The translations under genes and the position numbers were made by a program. The notes beneath the pieces were generated by a model. That model worked only from the letters and a program-made list of their open reading frames with translations, did no database searches and was not told the DNA's origin. Below are positions 21,252 to 32,567 of a DNA stretch of 64,000 bases, in pieces. The stretch comes from an uncultured Clostridia bacterium (GTDB lineage: Bacteria > Bacillota > Clostridia > Lutisporales > Lutisporaceae): positions 6,168 to 70,167 of the forward strand of contig CALGKJ010000130.1 in the NCBI GenBank assembly GCA_937930535.1. Reading direction: 5' to 3'. The stretch's first letter is position 1. The number at the start of each line of letters is the position of its first letter.

Positions 21252-21455
21252 AAATAAAGCTGCGTCTGTCTAGGGTCACTTCCTGAGACTTGCTTTCTTT
21301 TCATTGATTGCTGATTTAAAGCTGGGTAGACCAACTTTAAATACAGGTTAATATGAAAATAAAGCTGCGTCTGTCTAGGGTCGCTACCTGAGACTTGCTC
21401 TATTTTCATTGATTACTGCTGAAAAGCTGGGCAGACCAACTTTTCATGTAGGATA
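21243..21455 (+). repeat. Tandem duplication (2 x 105 nt, roughly 85% identical by eye) of a hairpin-rich unit between polX and nth
   Basis: Units start at 21246 and 21351, both with ATATGAAAATAAAGCTGCGTCTGTCTAGGGTC. The first unit contains the polX stop codon. The second ends at the nth RBS. Confidence 0.9.
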
Positions 21456-21467
21456 GGAGGTGAGAAA

Positions 21468-22112
21468 ATGAGGGATGTACAAGAAATAAAAAGCAGAGTC
21501 AGGCACATAAGCAATGCACTATTCAATACATATCCTGAAGCTGCCTGTTCATTAAATTATCAAAAACCTTTAGAGCTTTTGATTGCAACTATTTTGGCTG
21601 CCCAGTGTACAGATGAGCGTGTGAATATTGTAACAAAGGAGCTGTTTAAAAAATATCCCGATGTATATGCATTTGCCAATGCAAATCTAGAGGAGCTGGA
21701 GCAGGATATTAAGTCTACAGGCTTTTACAGAAACAAAGCAAAAAATATAATTGGATGCTGTAAGAAGCTGATTGAGCAATATAATGCTGTTATTCCTGAT
21801 AATATGGAGGATCTTTTAACCTTGCCCGGCGTTGGAAGAAAAACTGCAAATGTAGTATTAGGTAATATCTATAGTATACCAGGTGTAATTGTTGATACAC
21901 ATTGCAAAAGACTTTCAAATAGAATGGGCTTAACAGAAAATGAAGATCCAGTAAAGATAGAGCAGGATCTTATGGAGGTAGTGCCGCAAAAGGACTGGAC
22001 AAAATTCAGCAATTCATTAGTTTATCACGGCAGAGCTATTTGTGATGCAAGAAAACCAAAATGCGAAAAATGTCCTGTATCGCAGCATTGCAGCTTTATA
22101 AACAAAAATTAA
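21468..22112 (+). CDS. nth: Endonuclease III (DNA glycosylase/AP lyase)
   Basis: HhH-GPD motif LPGVGRKTANVV, catalytic region VDTH, C-terminal 4Fe-4S loop CDARKPKCEKCPVSQHC. Confidence 0.93.
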   Translation: MRDVQEIKSRVRHISNALFNTYPEAACSLNYQKPLELLIATILAAQCTDERVNIVTKELFKKYPDVYAFANANLEELEQDIKSTGFYRNKAKNIIGCCKKLIEQYNAVIPDNMEDLLTLPGVGRKTANVVLGNIYSIPGVIVDTHCKRLSNRMGLTENEDPVKIEQDLMEVVPQKDWTKFSNSLVYHGRAICDARKPKCEKCPVSQHCSFINKN

Positions 22113-22440
22113 ATATTTGTCAAAGAATTTTGAAAATACATGTATTTTTTAATAAAAAAATCTCTAAAAATACCTATATTTTGAAGGCTTGCAGCTGTTC
22201 AATAATGGAATAATAAGCTAGGTTAGAAAAAAGTAATATACAGTAGAAATAATTGTATGATATATGTTTAACGAATTTTAGAAGGATTTTAAGTTTTAAT
22301 AACGAATATATTAACATGTGTATGCATTTTTATATGCATACAGGTGATATATGCACCAAAAATTTGTATGTAGTATTGCATAATAAGCGATATTATCATA
22401 AAATTTTTACCCGCAATAAAGTCACATAAACTGGAAAGAG

Positions 22441-22764
22441 GTGGTGAGATATTTGTCGATTGAAGCTATTAAAGGCATACGTGATGCGGAGATTTTAGCA
22501 GATGAAAAAATAAAATCTGCACAGCAGCAAGCTAAGGAAATCATCCTTAAAGCCGAGGAAACAACTGAAAAGATAATCAAAGAAGCTATTGATAGCCAGC
22601 TTGCAAAGAACAAGAAACTACTCGAAGAGGCTGAAACAAAAGCAATTAAGGAAGCCGATAAAAAAAGACAGCTTAATAAAAGCCAGTGTGATGCATTAAG
22701 GGAAAAAGCAAGTGGAAAGTTTGAGGCTGCTGTAAAAATGGTAATGGAGAGGATTGTGAAGTAA
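22441..22764 (+). CDS. ntpF: V-type ATPase small coiled-coil peripheral-stalk subunit (first gene of the operon, E. hirae NtpF position)
   Basis: 107-aa charged helical protein (AEILADEKIKSAQQQAKEII...). It is immediately followed by subunit I. The start may instead be TTG 22453, 9 nt after GAGGTG. Confidence 0.7.
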   Translation: MVRYLSIEAIKGIRDAEILADEKIKSAQQQAKEIILKAEETTEKIIKEAIDSQLAKNKKLLEEAETKAIKEADKKRQLNKSQCDALREKASGKFEAAVKMVMERIVK

Positions 22765-22765
22765 A

Positions 22766-24706
22766 ATGGCCATAGTGAAAATGAAGAAAGCTACCATAAT
22801 AGCTCTCCAATCCGAAAAAGAAATATTAACAAAGGCACTTCAAGAGTTCGGTGGTTTGCATATGCTTGATATAAGAGAAGAGGTATCGGAGCATGAGGAC
22901 ATTAAGCTTTCTAAAGGTGATGTTCTCCAGGGAGAGGATGCAGCCGACGAAGTAAATCGGTTGGAAGCTAGGCTTTCACAAGTAAAATATGCACTCGAAT
23001 TCATAAAGCGATTTGGAACAATAAAAAAATCAATGTTTGCTCCCAAAGTTGAAGTTGATGAAGACAGCTATATCAGATATCTACAGGATGAACCCAAAAT
23101 TAATCAAATTGTAGACAGCTGCAGGGAAATTGACTCTAAGTTTGCTGAACTGAAAAGCAAGGAAACAAAAACACAGAACACGATATCTCAGCTTTTGCCT
23201 TGGAAGGATTTAGACATGAGGCTTGAAGAAATAAAAGCAAGCAGATACACCATCATGTCAATAGGATTTGTTGCTTCAAAATACACTGATGATTTTAAAG
23301 CAGCTCTAAATAGCATTGATGAAAAGGTGTATATAGAAACTATTAGCATAGGCAGGGAAAATACTTATATGCTTATAGTGTGTCATACTGATATTGAAGA
23401 TAATGTGGTTCAGTCAATGAAGCAGTTTGGTTGGAGCAAGGTAGCCTTCAATGATATAACAGGGACTCCGGCAGAAAACATCAAAAAACTTAATGATGAG
23501 CTGCGCAACATAGAAAGCGTTAGGAACAGCTTGGCAGAAAAGGGAAAAGAGTTAATTGACAATAATGAGTATCTGGAAATAATGCATGATATACTTTCTA
23601 TTGAGCGGGATAAAAAGGATGTAACCAGTAATTTTGTTAAAACTGAAAAAACAGTATTAATATCCGGCTGGATACCAGAGAAGGTGACTAATGATTTAGA
23701 AGCAGCTATTGCCAAGATTACAGAGAGCTATTCTCTGGAATTTCAAGAGCCTAGAGAGGATGAACTATATCCAACACTATTGGATAATCCATCCTTCGCA
23801 CAGCCTGTTGAGTTTATAACTGACCAATATAGTATTCCAAGCTCAAAGGGTGTTGATCCCAATATTATTATGGCTCCCTTCTTTATAATGTTCTTTGGTC
23901 TGATGGTGAGTGATGCGGTGTATGGTATACTGGTTGCAACAATTTCTGCACTGCTGTTATTGAAGATTAAGCCACAGGGCAATTTCAAGAAGCTGGTTGG
24001 ATTAATGGCTTTAGGCGGGGCAGCTACAGCCTTTTGGGGTATAATGTTTGGCGGCTGGCTAGGCGGAATGATACGCATACCAGCAATAATGTTTGATCCC
24101 TTGCAGGAGCCCTTTGCTATGATTGGCTTATGTGTCGGCATGGGTATACTGCATTTATTCGTAGGTATGGGCTTGCAGGCTTATAAAAACATAAGAAACG
24201 GTAATGTTCTTGATGCAGTTTTTGATCAGGGCTTCTGGTATTTACTGCTTATTGGTATATTGATGTTAGCACTTCCTGCAACGGCTATAATAGGTAAGTA
24301 TATGGCGATAACTGGTGCAGCAGGTTTGGTACTTACACAGGGAAGAACTGAGAAAAACATAATAAAGAGGCTTTTATCAGGCGTACTGAGTCTTTATAAT
24401 ATTACTGGTTTTCTCGGCGATGCACTTTCCTATTTAAGGCTATTTGCTTTGGGACTTGCAACTGGTGTTATAGGGCAGGTAATAAACTCCATGGCACTAA
24501 TGCTTGGGGGGACTATTATTGGATCTATAATAATGGTAATAGTCTTAATATTCGGTCATACCTTTAATATTGGTATAAATGTACTTGGTGCATATGTACA
24601 TTCAAGCCGTCTTCAATACGTAGAATTTTTCAGTAAGTTCTATGAAGGTGACGGTATCCAGTATAACCCTTTCAGAATTAAAACAAAATTTATTGTTAAA
24701 AAGTAA
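22766..24706 (+). CDS. ntpI: V-type ATPase subunit I (membrane a-subunit)
   Basis: 646 aa. Soluble coiled N-terminal half plus multi-TM C-terminal half with the conserved YLRLFALGLA arginine motif. Confidence 0.92.
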   Translation: MAIVKMKKATIIALQSEKEILTKALQEFGGLHMLDIREEVSEHEDIKLSKGDVLQGEDAADEVNRLEARLSQVKYALEFIKRFGTIKKSMFAPKVEVDEDSYIRYLQDEPKINQIVDSCREIDSKFAELKSKETKTQNTISQLLPWKDLDMRLEEIKASRYTIMSIGFVASKYTDDFKAALNSIDEKVYIETISIGRENTYMLIVCHTDIEDNVVQSMKQFGWSKVAFNDITGTPAENIKKLNDELRNIESVRNSLAEKGKELIDNNEYLEIMHDILSIERDKKDVTSNFVKTEKTVLISGWIPEKVTNDLEAAIAKITESYSLEFQEPREDELYPTLLDNPSFAQPVEFITDQYSIPSSKGVDPNIIMAPFFIMFFGLMVSDAVYGILVATISALLLLKIKPQGNFKKLVGLMALGGAATAFWGIMFGGWLGGMIRIPAIMFDPLQEPFAMIGLCVGMGILHLFVGMGLQAYKNIRNGNVLDAVFDQGFWYLLLIGILMLALPATAIIGKYMAITGAAGLVLTQGRTEKNIIKRLLSGVLSLYNITGFLGDALSYLRLFALGLATGVIGQVINSMALMLGGTIIGSIIMVIVLIFGHTFNIGINVLGAYVHSSRLQYVEFFSKFYEGDGIQYNPFRIKTKFIVKK

Positions 24707-24725
24707 AAATTTTAACTAATTATGA

Positions 24726-25232
<507 letters not shown>

Positions 25233-25245
25233 GGGAGTGGCTTAA

Positions 25246-25842
25246 ATGGCAGGAGTAGAAAAAATAATAGAAAAAATAGTTAAAGATAGTGAAGTAAAGG
25301 CGGCGGAAATAATAAGCAGTGCCAATGCTCAAGCGGCAGAAATAATAAAAAAAGCTAATGCAGTTGCAGCAGACAAGGTTGAAGAACTGAAAAGAAAAGC
25401 AGAGCATGAAATAAATGACAAAAACAGAATATTTAATTCTATGGCAGAGCTTGAAGTTAGAAATGAGATATTAAATACAAAGCAGGATATTATTGCAAAG
25501 GCATTTAACGAAGCTCTTAATAAGTTAGGCTCAATGGATATTAACCAATACAAGGAAATGTTCAAAAGCATGATAATTAAGGCTGTCGAAACAGGAGAAG
25601 AGGAGATACTGCTGTCTCCAAAGGACAAAGACAGGATTCCTAAAAGCTTTATAGATGAGGTTAATAGTATTCTACAACAAAACGGAAAAAGAGGAGCACT
25701 CAGGTTATCAGACGAAACCATTAATATTTCCGGCGGGTTCTTACTAAGAAGCAGCGGTGTAGAAATAAATAACTCCTTTGAAGCGTTAATAAGGATGCAT
25801 AGGGATGAAATTGAACCGAAAGTAGCTGAATTGCTCTTCTAG
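25246..25842 (+). CDS. ntpE: V-type ATPase subunit E
   Basis: 198 aa with a charged N-terminal helix and a globular C-terminus. It occupies the expected operon position. Confidence 0.85.
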   Translation: MAGVEKIIEKIVKDSEVKAAEIISSANAQAAEIIKKANAVAADKVEELKRKAEHEINDKNRIFNSMAELEVRNEILNTKQDIIAKAFNEALNKLGSMDINQYKEMFKSMIIKAVETGEEEILLSPKDKDRIPKSFIDEVNSILQQNGKRGALRLSDETINISGGFLLRSSGVEINNSFEALIRMHRDEIEPKVAELLF

Positions 25843-25880
25843 TGAAGCTTATTTACTGGAAGGAAGGAGGATAAGCCTTA

Positions 25881-26882
25881 ATGTTTGATAGTAAATACCT
25901 ATATTCGGTGACTAGAACCAGGGTTTTAGAAACCAGACTTCTGGATAGAACCAAAATTGAAAGAATGGTAGATGTTAAAAATGCAGAAGATGTAATAAAG
26001 GTTCTTTCCGAGACTGATTATGGGACTTCAATATCAGAAATGAGAGATATTTATGACTACGAGAGTATTTTGCTCAAGGAAACAGTAAAGACCTATGCGT
26101 ACATTCGTGAAGTATCTCCAGAACCTGAGTTAACAAACATATTTCTTTTAAAGTATGATATTCATAATTTAAAAGTACTTTTAAAGAGCATGCTGCTGGG
26201 AGAAGAAAATGACTATCTGCTTATGCATATAGGAACTATACCAGTAACAAAGCTTAAAGAGGCAGTCAAGGAAAGAGACTTTAAAAGCCTTCATCCTAGA
26301 GTAGCTGAGGGAGTTGTGGATATTCTCAACAGCTTCGAATCTCAACCAGATCCACAATATATTGATTTGATTCTGGATAAAAGCTTGTACAATGCTATGT
26401 ATGAAATGGCTGCAAAATTTAAGAATAATTTTCTTAGAGAATATCTGTCAAACCAGATAGATTTAATCAATATTAAATCATTTGTAAGGATAAAAGCCGT
26501 TGGCTATGGCAGGGATTATCTTTCTAAAGTTATTATAAAAAATGGTAATATCAGCCTTGACTTTTTCGATAGAAATTTTGATGAGCCAGTAGATATTTTA
26601 TCAGATAAACTGCTTAGTACAAAGTATCATAAGGTTATAGAAGAAGGTCTTGAAAGCTATGCAGCAACAAAAACTCTTACAAGATTTGAAAAGCTGGCAG
26701 ATGATTTTATATTTGAGATAGCTAAGAGAGGCAAGTATATAGCCTTTGGTATTGAGCCATTAGTCGGATATATAATGGCTAAGGAAAACGAAGTTAAGAT
26801 CATCAGGATAATCATGGTTGGAAAAATCAATCAGATTCCTAATGAATTGATAAGAGAAAGGCTACGTGATGTTTATGTATAA
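25881..26882 (+). CDS. ntpC: V-type ATPase subunit C (d-type)
   Basis: 333-aa helical repeat protein in the expected operon position (YLYSVTRTRVLETRLL start is typical). Confidence 0.85.
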   Translation: MFDSKYLYSVTRTRVLETRLLDRTKIERMVDVKNAEDVIKVLSETDYGTSISEMRDIYDYESILLKETVKTYAYIREVSPEPELTNIFLLKYDIHNLKVLLKSMLLGEENDYLLMHIGTIPVTKLKEAVKERDFKSLHPRVAEGVVDILNSFESQPDPQYIDLILDKSLYNAMYEMAAKFKNNFLREYLSNQIDLINIKSFVRIKAVGYGRDYLSKVIIKNGNISLDFFDRNFDEPVDILSDKLLSTKYHKVIEEGLESYAATKTLTRFEKLADDFIFEIAKRGKYIAFGIEPLVGYIMAKENEVKIIRIIMVGKINQIPNELIRERLRDVYV

Positions 26883-27201
26883 GATTGGTGTTATTGGAGA
26901 CAAGGATTCAATACTAGGCTTCAAGGCTCTTGGAATATCAGTATTTCCGACTGCTGATTACAGAGAAGCTCATAAAACTGTTCTAAAGCTGGCAAAGGAT
27001 AACTATGCAGTTATATTTGTTACAGAACAGCTTGCCAAGGATATGGATGAAACCTTTGATACATTCAAGGATCAGTTGACACCTGCACTGATAATGATTC
27101 CAAACAACAGAGGAACTCTTGGGCTTGGTATTCAAGGTGTAAAACAATCAGTAGAAAAAGCTATAGGTGCAGATATATTATTCGGGAAAGAAGGTAGATA
27201 A
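26875..27201 (+). CDS. ntpG: V-type ATPase subunit F (E. hirae NtpG position)
   Basis: [21 protein letters not shown] is the typical N-terminus. It overlaps the end of subunit C. The ORF track begins at 26866 (GTG). Confidence 0.85.
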   Translation: MYKIGVIGDKDSILGFKALGISVFPTADYREAHKTVLKLAKDNYAVIFVTEQLAKDMDETFDTFKDQLTPALIMIPNNRGTLGLGIQGVKQSVEKAIGADILFGKEGR

Positions 27202-27202
27202 C

Positions 27203-28966
27203 TTGAAGGAAGGAAGAATTATAAAAGTATCAGGACCTCTTGTCATAGCTGAAGGCATGCAGGATGCAAGGATGTATGACGTTGTCCGTGTTAGTGATAG
27301 AAAATTAATAGGCGAAATAATTGAAATACGTGAAGATAAGGCTTCTATTCAGGTTTATGAAGAGACTTCCGGTCTCGGACCTGGTGAACCGGTATTTACT
27401 ACTGGTGAGCCTCTAAGCGTTGAATTAGGACCAGGACTAATAGAATCAATATTTGATGGTATTCAAAGACCACTGGACGTTGTAAGAAGTGCAGTAGGCG
27501 ACCATATAACAAGAGGTGTTGAGGTAAACAAACTTAACAGAGCTAGAAAATGGAACTTTAAGCCCACTGTAGCAAAGGGCGCAAAGGTTATTAGCGGAGA
27601 TATTATTGGTACAGTCAGGGAAACATCAATTATTGAGCATAAAATAATGGTTCCATATGGCATAGAGGGAACTATTGAAGACATATTATCAGGCGAATTT
27701 ACAATAGAAGAAACAGTAGCAAGAATCAAAACCAGCAAAGGCACTAAGGACATACAAATGCTTCAAAAGTGGCCTGTTAGAAGAGGAAGACCATACAAAC
27801 AAAAGCTTGCTCCAACAAATCCAATGATAACTGGGCAAAGAATAATAGACACATTTTTCCCTGTAGCAAAGGGTGGTACTGCTTGTATACCAGGACCCTT
27901 CGGAAGCGGTAAAACAGTTGTACAGCACCAGCTTGCAAAATGGGCTGATGCAGAGCTGATAGTATATATAGGCTGCGGAGAACGTGGAAACGAGATGACG
28001 GACGTTCTTATGGAGTTCCCTGAACTAAAGGACCCAAAAACCGGCGAGCCGTTAATGAAAAGAACAGTTCTAATAGCCAATACTTCAGATATGCCTGTTG
28101 CGGCTCGTGAAGCCAGCATATATACAGGTATAACTATAGGTGAATATTTCAGAGACATGGGCTACTCAGTAGCACTAATGGCAGACTCCACATCCAGATG
28201 GGCGGAAGCGCTTAGAGAAATGTCTGGACGTCTTGAGGAAATGCCTGGTGAAGAAGGTTATCCTGCATATCTGGGCTCAAAGCTTGCTGAGTTCTATGAA
28301 AGAGCCGGCAGAGTAATATGCCATGGAAGTGAAGGAAGAGAAGGTGCTTTAACCGCAGTAGGTGCAGTTTCACCTCCGGGAGGAGACCTTTCAGAGCCTG
28401 TTACACAAGCCACTTTGCGTATTGTTAAGGTATTCTGGGGCTTGGATGCTTCTCTTGCTTACAGAAGACACTTTCCGGCAATAAACTGGCTGTTAAGCTA
28501 CTCACTATACCTTGAAAGACTTGGTGATTGGTTTGCCAAGGAAGTATCAACTGATTGGGAAAGATTAAGAATAGAAGCAATGAGAATTTTACAGGAAGAA
28601 GCAGAGCTTCAAGAAATAGTAAGACTTGTAGGTCTGGATGCACTATCAATAAAAGATAGATTTACCCTTGAAACATCAAAATCCATAAGAGAGGACTACC
28701 TGCATCAAAATGCCTTCCATGATGTGGACACATATGCATCAATACAAAAACAGTTTAGAATGTTAAAGCTCATACTCATGTTCCACAATGAAGGACATAA
28801 GGCATTGAGTGAGGGTGCTTTGTATAAGGATATAGTAAATCTTCCAATAAGGGAAAGAATAGCTAAATCCAAGTTTATCCCTGAAAGTAATATTAGTGAA
28901 TTTGATGCGATAGAGGCTGACATCAGAAAGCAGATTGCTTCTACCCTTTCGAATGGAGGAATATAA
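27203..28966 (+). CDS. ntpA: V-type ATPase catalytic subunit A
   Basis: Walker [10 protein letters not shown], the non-homologous insert typical of A subunits, and Walker B region [15 protein letters not shown] 27203 lies just after the subunit F stop. The ORF-track start at 27167 overlaps subunit F. Confidence 0.93.
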   Translation: MKEGRIIKVSGPLVIAEGMQDARMYDVVRVSDRKLIGEIIEIREDKASIQVYEETSGLGPGEPVFTTGEPLSVELGPGLIESIFDGIQRPLDVVRSAVGDHITRGVEVNKLNRARKWNFKPTVAKGAKVISGDIIGTVRETSIIEHKIMVPYGIEGTIEDILSGEFTIEETVARIKTSKGTKDIQMLQKWPVRRGRPYKQKLAPTNPMITGQRIIDTFFPVAKGGTACIPGPFGSGKTVVQHQLAKWADAELIVYIGCGERGNEMTDVLMEFPELKDPKTGEPLMKRTVLIANTSDMPVAAREASIYTGITIGEYFRDMGYSVALMADSTSRWAEALREMSGRLEEMPGEEGYPAYLGSKLAEFYERAGRVICHGSEGREGALTAVGAVSPPGGDLSEPVTQATLRIVKVFWGLDASLAYRRHFPAINWLLSYSLYLERLGDWFAKEVSTDWERLRIEAMRILQEEAELQEIVRLVGLDALSIKDRFTLETSKSIREDYLHQNAFHDVDTYASIQKQFRMLKLILMFHNEGHKALSEGALYKDIVNLPIRERIAKSKFIPESNISEFDAIEADIRKQIASTLSNGGI

Positions 28967-28969
28967 CAT

Positions 28970-30364
28970 ATGCTTAAGGAATACAGAACCATAAAAGAAG
29001 TTGCCGGACCGCTGATGCTTGTTGATCAGGTTGAAGGCGTTAAGTATAATGAGCTTGTTGAGATAGAAATGGGTGATGGTGAACAAAGAAGAGGCAGAGT
29101 GCTTGAGGTTAACGGCAACGTAGCATTACTACAGCTTTTCGAAGGTTCACAAGGTTTAAATATTAACGAAAGCAAGGTTAGGTTCCTTGGACACGGGTTG
29201 GAGCTGCCAGTTTCAATGGATATACTGGGTAGAGTATTTGACGGTCTGGGAAGACCAAAGGACGGCGGACCCAGAATAATTCCTGAAGCAAGAATGGATA
29301 TAAACGGAAACCCTATTAATCCCGCAGCAAGAGACTATCCTTCTGAGTTTATACAAACTGGTATTTCGGCTATAGATGGTCTGAACACACTTGTAAGAGG
29401 GCAAAAGCTGCCTGTTTTCTCAGGCTCTGGTCTGCCTCATGCAAGGCTTGCGGCACAGATTGCAAGACAAGCAAAGGTGCTTGGCGGTGAATCAGAGTTC
29501 GCTGTTGTATTTGCTGCTGTAGGAATAACCTTTGAAGAAGCAGATTACTTTATATCAGACTTTAAAAAGACTGGTGCAATAGATAGAGCAGTACTATTTA
29601 TGAACCTTGCAAATGACCCTGCTATTGAGCGTATTGCAACACCTCGTATGGCATTAACCGCTGCTGAGTATCTTGCTTATGAAAAGGGAATGCAGGTTTT
29701 GGTTATAATGACCGACTTAACAAACTATGCTGATGCACTCCGTGAAATATCAGCAGCAAGAAAAGAAGTTCCAGGAAGAAGAGGTTATCCGGGATACCTA
29801 TACACTGACCTTGCAACCTTATATGAAAGAGCAGGAAGAATCAGAGACAGAAAGGGTTCAATAACACAGATACCTATACTGTCAATGCCTGAGGATGACA
29901 AAACACATCCAATTCCTGACCTTACAGGATATATTACAGAGGGTCAGATAATACTCAGCAGAGAGCTTTACAGAAAAGGCATACTGCCTCCTATAGACGT
30001 TCTTCCATCCCTTTCACGTTTGAAGGATAAAGGTATTGGAAAGAACAAAACAAGAGAAGATCATGCAGATACGATGAACCAGCTTTTTGCAGCTTATGCA
30101 AGAGGTAAGGAAGCAAAAGAGCTTGCCGTAATACTGGGTGAAGGAGCACTAAGCGAAACAGATAGATTATTTGCTAAGTTTGCTGATGAATTTGAAAAAA
30201 GATATGTATCACAGGGAGAAAACGAGGATAGAAGTATTATAGAGACTTTATCTATTGGTTGGGAGCTGCTTTCCATATTACCAAAGGCAGAGCTTAAGAG
30301 AATCAGAGATGAATACATCGAAAAATACTTGCCGAAAGTAAATTCACCTGAAGGGGATGCTTAG
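28970..30364 (+). CDS. ntpB: V-type ATPase subunit B
   Basis: 464 aa with a degenerate P-loop region (FSGSGLPH) and motif [29 protein letters not shown]. Confidence 0.93.
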   Translation: MLKEYRTIKEVAGPLMLVDQVEGVKYNELVEIEMGDGEQRRGRVLEVNGNVALLQLFEGSQGLNINESKVRFLGHGLELPVSMDILGRVFDGLGRPKDGGPRIIPEARMDINGNPINPAARDYPSEFIQTGISAIDGLNTLVRGQKLPVFSGSGLPHARLAAQIARQAKVLGGESEFAVVFAAVGITFEEADYFISDFKKTGAIDRAVLFMNLANDPAIERIATPRMALTAAEYLAYEKGMQVLVIMTDLTNYADALREISAARKEVPGRRGYPGYLYTDLATLYERAGRIRDRKGSITQIPILSMPEDDKTHPIPDLTGYITEGQIILSRELYRKGILPPIDVLPSLSRLKDKGIGKNKTREDHADTMNQLFAAYARGKEAKELAVILGEGALSETDRLFAKFADEFEKRYVSQGENEDRSIIETLSIGWELLSILPKAELKRIRDEYIEKYLPKVNSPEGDA

Positions 30365-30367
30365 TAA

Positions 30368-31009
30368 ATGGCTATTTTAAGAGTAAACCCTACCAGAATG
30401 GAGCTTACCAGACTAAAGAAAAGGCTTAAGACAGCGCAACGGGGACATAAGCTCTTAAAGGATAAGCAGGATGAATTAATGAAAAAATTCATTGAGCTTG
30501 TTAAAAAGAATAAGGAGCTTAGAGAAAATGTTGAAAAAGAGCTTACACAAGCCTTTAAGGATTTTCTCATAGCAAGAGCCGTAATGTCCTCAGAGGTGCT
30601 TGAAGAAGCAATAATGTATCCTACTCAAAGGATTTCTTTAGAGCTGGGAACAAAAAATATTATGAGCGTAAATTCTCCCATATTTAAGCTAGTAAAGCAA
30701 AGTAGTGAAGACAATGCTGCAACCATGTATCCTTATGGTTTTGCCAGCACATCAGGAGAATTGGACAGTGCTATTTTCTCTCTTCAAGGTGTAGTAGAAA
30801 AGCTTATAGAGCTGGCACAGGTTGAAAAAACATGTCAGCTTATGGCAAATGAAATTGAAAAAACCAGAAGAAGGGTAAATGCACTGGAATACGTTATGAT
30901 ACCTCAGCTAGTAGAGACAGTAAAATATATTACTATGAAGCTGGATGAAAACGAGAGAGGTAATCGTGTAAGGCTTATGAAGGTTAAGGATATGGTTCAA
31001 GGTCAGTAG
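30368..31009 (+). CDS. ntpD: V-type ATPase central-stalk subunit D
   Basis: N-terminus [28 protein letters not shown] is the subunit D signature. It is the last gene of the operon. Confidence 0.92.
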   Translation: MAILRVNPTRMELTRLKKRLKTAQRGHKLLKDKQDELMKKFIELVKKNKELRENVEKELTQAFKDFLIARAVMSSEVLEEAIMYPTQRISLELGTKNIMSVNSPIFKLVKQSSEDNAATMYPYGFASTSGELDSAIFSLQGVVEKLIELAQVEKTCQLMANEIEKTRRRVNALEYVMIPQLVETVKYITMKLDENERGNRVRLMKVKDMVQGQ

Positions 31010-31011
31010 AT

Positions 31012-31049
31012 AAAAAAGACCGCAGAATTGCTTCTGCGGTTGTTTTTTG
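31012..31049. terminator. Bidirectional terminator between ntpD and the convergent DUF1540 gene
   Basis: Stem ACCGCAGAA / TTCTGCGGT flanked by an A6 run and a T-run. Confidence 0.85.
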
Positions 31050-31259
31050 TTATGCTCTGCCTTGAGGAACAAATGTTGTACAGCAAGTACCGTCACTTGT
31101 TTGTGCGCGTCCATCGCCCATTGGGTTAACTTCTATTACGCTTGCATTGCAATAGTTGCTGTCATAATAGTAGCAAGTATCAACGTTACATTTTATGCTG
31201 TGGTTGTGGCTATGCATTTTATTTCTTTCTAAATCATTTCTATCTATATTGTTGTTCAT
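31050..31259 (-). CDS. Small Cys-rich DUF1540-like protein
   Basis: Two C-x-V-x-x-C-x-Y...C-x-A-x-x-I-x-V-like units (KCNVDTCYYYDSNYCNASVIEV). GGAGGTG precedes ATG 31259. The ORF-track start at 31298 lacks an RBS. Confidence 0.6.
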   Translation of the reverse strand: MNNNIDRNDLERNKMHSHNHSIKCNVDTCYYYDSNYCNASVIEVNPMGDGRAQTSDGTCCTTFVPQGRA

Positions 31260-31486
31260 TGTTACACCTCCATAATTCGTTATGCTTATATTTTGCACAG
31301 ATTAAAATTTTCGATTCAATAAATGCTATATGTAAATTGTGGTTATAGATTAATTTCAAAATTAAAATAAAAAAATCTAAAAACACAAATAATACTTATG
31401 TATATAAATAGTCATAAAGATTTTCTGCTTCATACAAATATATGACACTATTTATATATTAAAAACAATTAAAATGGAGGTAGACT

Positions 31487-32023
31487 ATGGACTTCAATCA
31501 AGTTTTACAAGATAGAAGAAGTGTGAAGAATTTTAAATCTCAAGAAATACCTCAGGATAAAATAGATAGTATACTTAATGCAGCTAGATTAGCACCATCT
31601 TGGGGTAATAAGCAGTGCTGGAAGTTTGTACTGGTTAAGAATTATGAAACTAGAAAAAACATATCAAATGCATTGCTAAATGAAAATTCTGCAAGAATGG
31701 GCGTGGAACAAGCACCCCTTACAGTTATAGTTTGTGCTGAACCAGAAAAATCCTCGGAAGTTAACAATCAGCAATACTATCTGGTTGATTCTGCAATAGC
31801 TATGGATCATCTGATATTAGCCGCTCAGAATGAAGGGCTTGGCACATGCTGGGTAGGTCAGTTTGATGAGAGAAGAATCAAGGAAATGCTGCATATACCA
31901 GAGGAATACAGAGTAGTAGCTCTTACACCGGTAGGAATACCAAATGAAACTCCTGATACAGAAGCTAAAAGAGACATAAATGAAATAGCATATTCAGATA
32001 GCTGGGGAAATTATCTGCATTAA
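31487..32023 (+). CDS. Nitroreductase family protein (FMN-dependent)
   Basis: N-terminal RRSVKNF, then APSWGNKQCWKF. 178 aa. GGAGGT RBS. Confidence 0.85.
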   Translation: MDFNQVLQDRRSVKNFKSQEIPQDKIDSILNAARLAPSWGNKQCWKFVLVKNYETRKNISNALLNENSARMGVEQAPLTVIVCAEPEKSSEVNNQQYYLVDSAIAMDHLILAAQNEGLGTCWVGQFDERRIKEMLHIPEEYRVVALTPVGIPNETPDTEAKRDINEIAYSDSWGNYLH

Positions 32024-32207
32024 TACTAATGAGAGTCAAGTCTATTAAACAGCTTGGCTCTCAAATTGAACCCCATATAGAATAATTGCTTATGCAATAT
32101 CTTTTAATCATATATTTACAGAGGCTAAGCATATAATATTATACCAAAAGCAGCATAAAATAAATATAAGCTTGATGCAGCAAGCATTAATGTAGGAGGA
32201 ATGAAAA

Positions 32208-32534
32208 ATGTGGAAATGTACAGTTTGCGGATACATACATCATAATGAGGAGTCAACAGAAAAATGTCCAAAGTGTGGGGCGGCAAAAGAAAAGTTTATT
32301 AAATTAACAGAGGAACAGTCCGGCTTAATAACTAAGTCTCTTAGAACTAACGATTTGCATATGAGACTTTGTTTACTGATGGATAAGGTTATTGAGGTAT
32401 GCAATGAGGGCATTGAGCTTAATCTTGACCCAGGATGTGTTGATACCTTTAATAAGAGCAAGATCCATTGTGAAATTTTAAAAAATATTGCTAAGGCTGA
32501 GATTGCAGCTCATGTAGGAAAAAATAAATGGTAA
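32208..32534 (+). CDS. Rubredoxin-like zinc-ribbon protein with helical C-terminal domain
   Basis: N-terminal CTVCGY...CPKCG four-Cys knuckle followed by an ~80-aa helical region. AGGAGG RBS. Confidence 0.55.
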   Translation: MWKCTVCGYIHHNEESTEKCPKCGAAKEKFIKLTEEQSGLITKSLRTNDLHMRLCLLMDKVIEVCNEGIELNLDPGCVDTFNKSKIHCEILKNIAKAEIAAHVGKNKW

Positions 32535-32537
32535 ATG

Positions 32538-32567
32538 AAAGAGTATCTGTTTAAACGGATACTCTTT
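32538..32567 (+). terminator. Hairpin terminator after the rubredoxin-like gene
   Basis: Stem AAAGAGTATC / GATACTCTTT. The U-tract is weak. Confidence 0.5.

Noticed and set aside
21224-21409. 61-aa minus-strand ORF with an internally repeated peptide (QVSGSDPRQTQLYFHI twice).
   Set aside because: The repeated peptide is simply the translation of the tandem 105-nt DNA repeat. The ORF has no RBS and overlaps the polX 3' end.
31047-31348. Two + strand ORFs (61 and 68 aa) opposite the DUF1540 gene.
   Set aside because: Both start without an RBS, and the 61-aa ORF begins within the ntpD terminator. The minus-strand Cys-rich DUF1540-like reading has a GGAGGTG RBS and a recognisable repeated Cys pattern.
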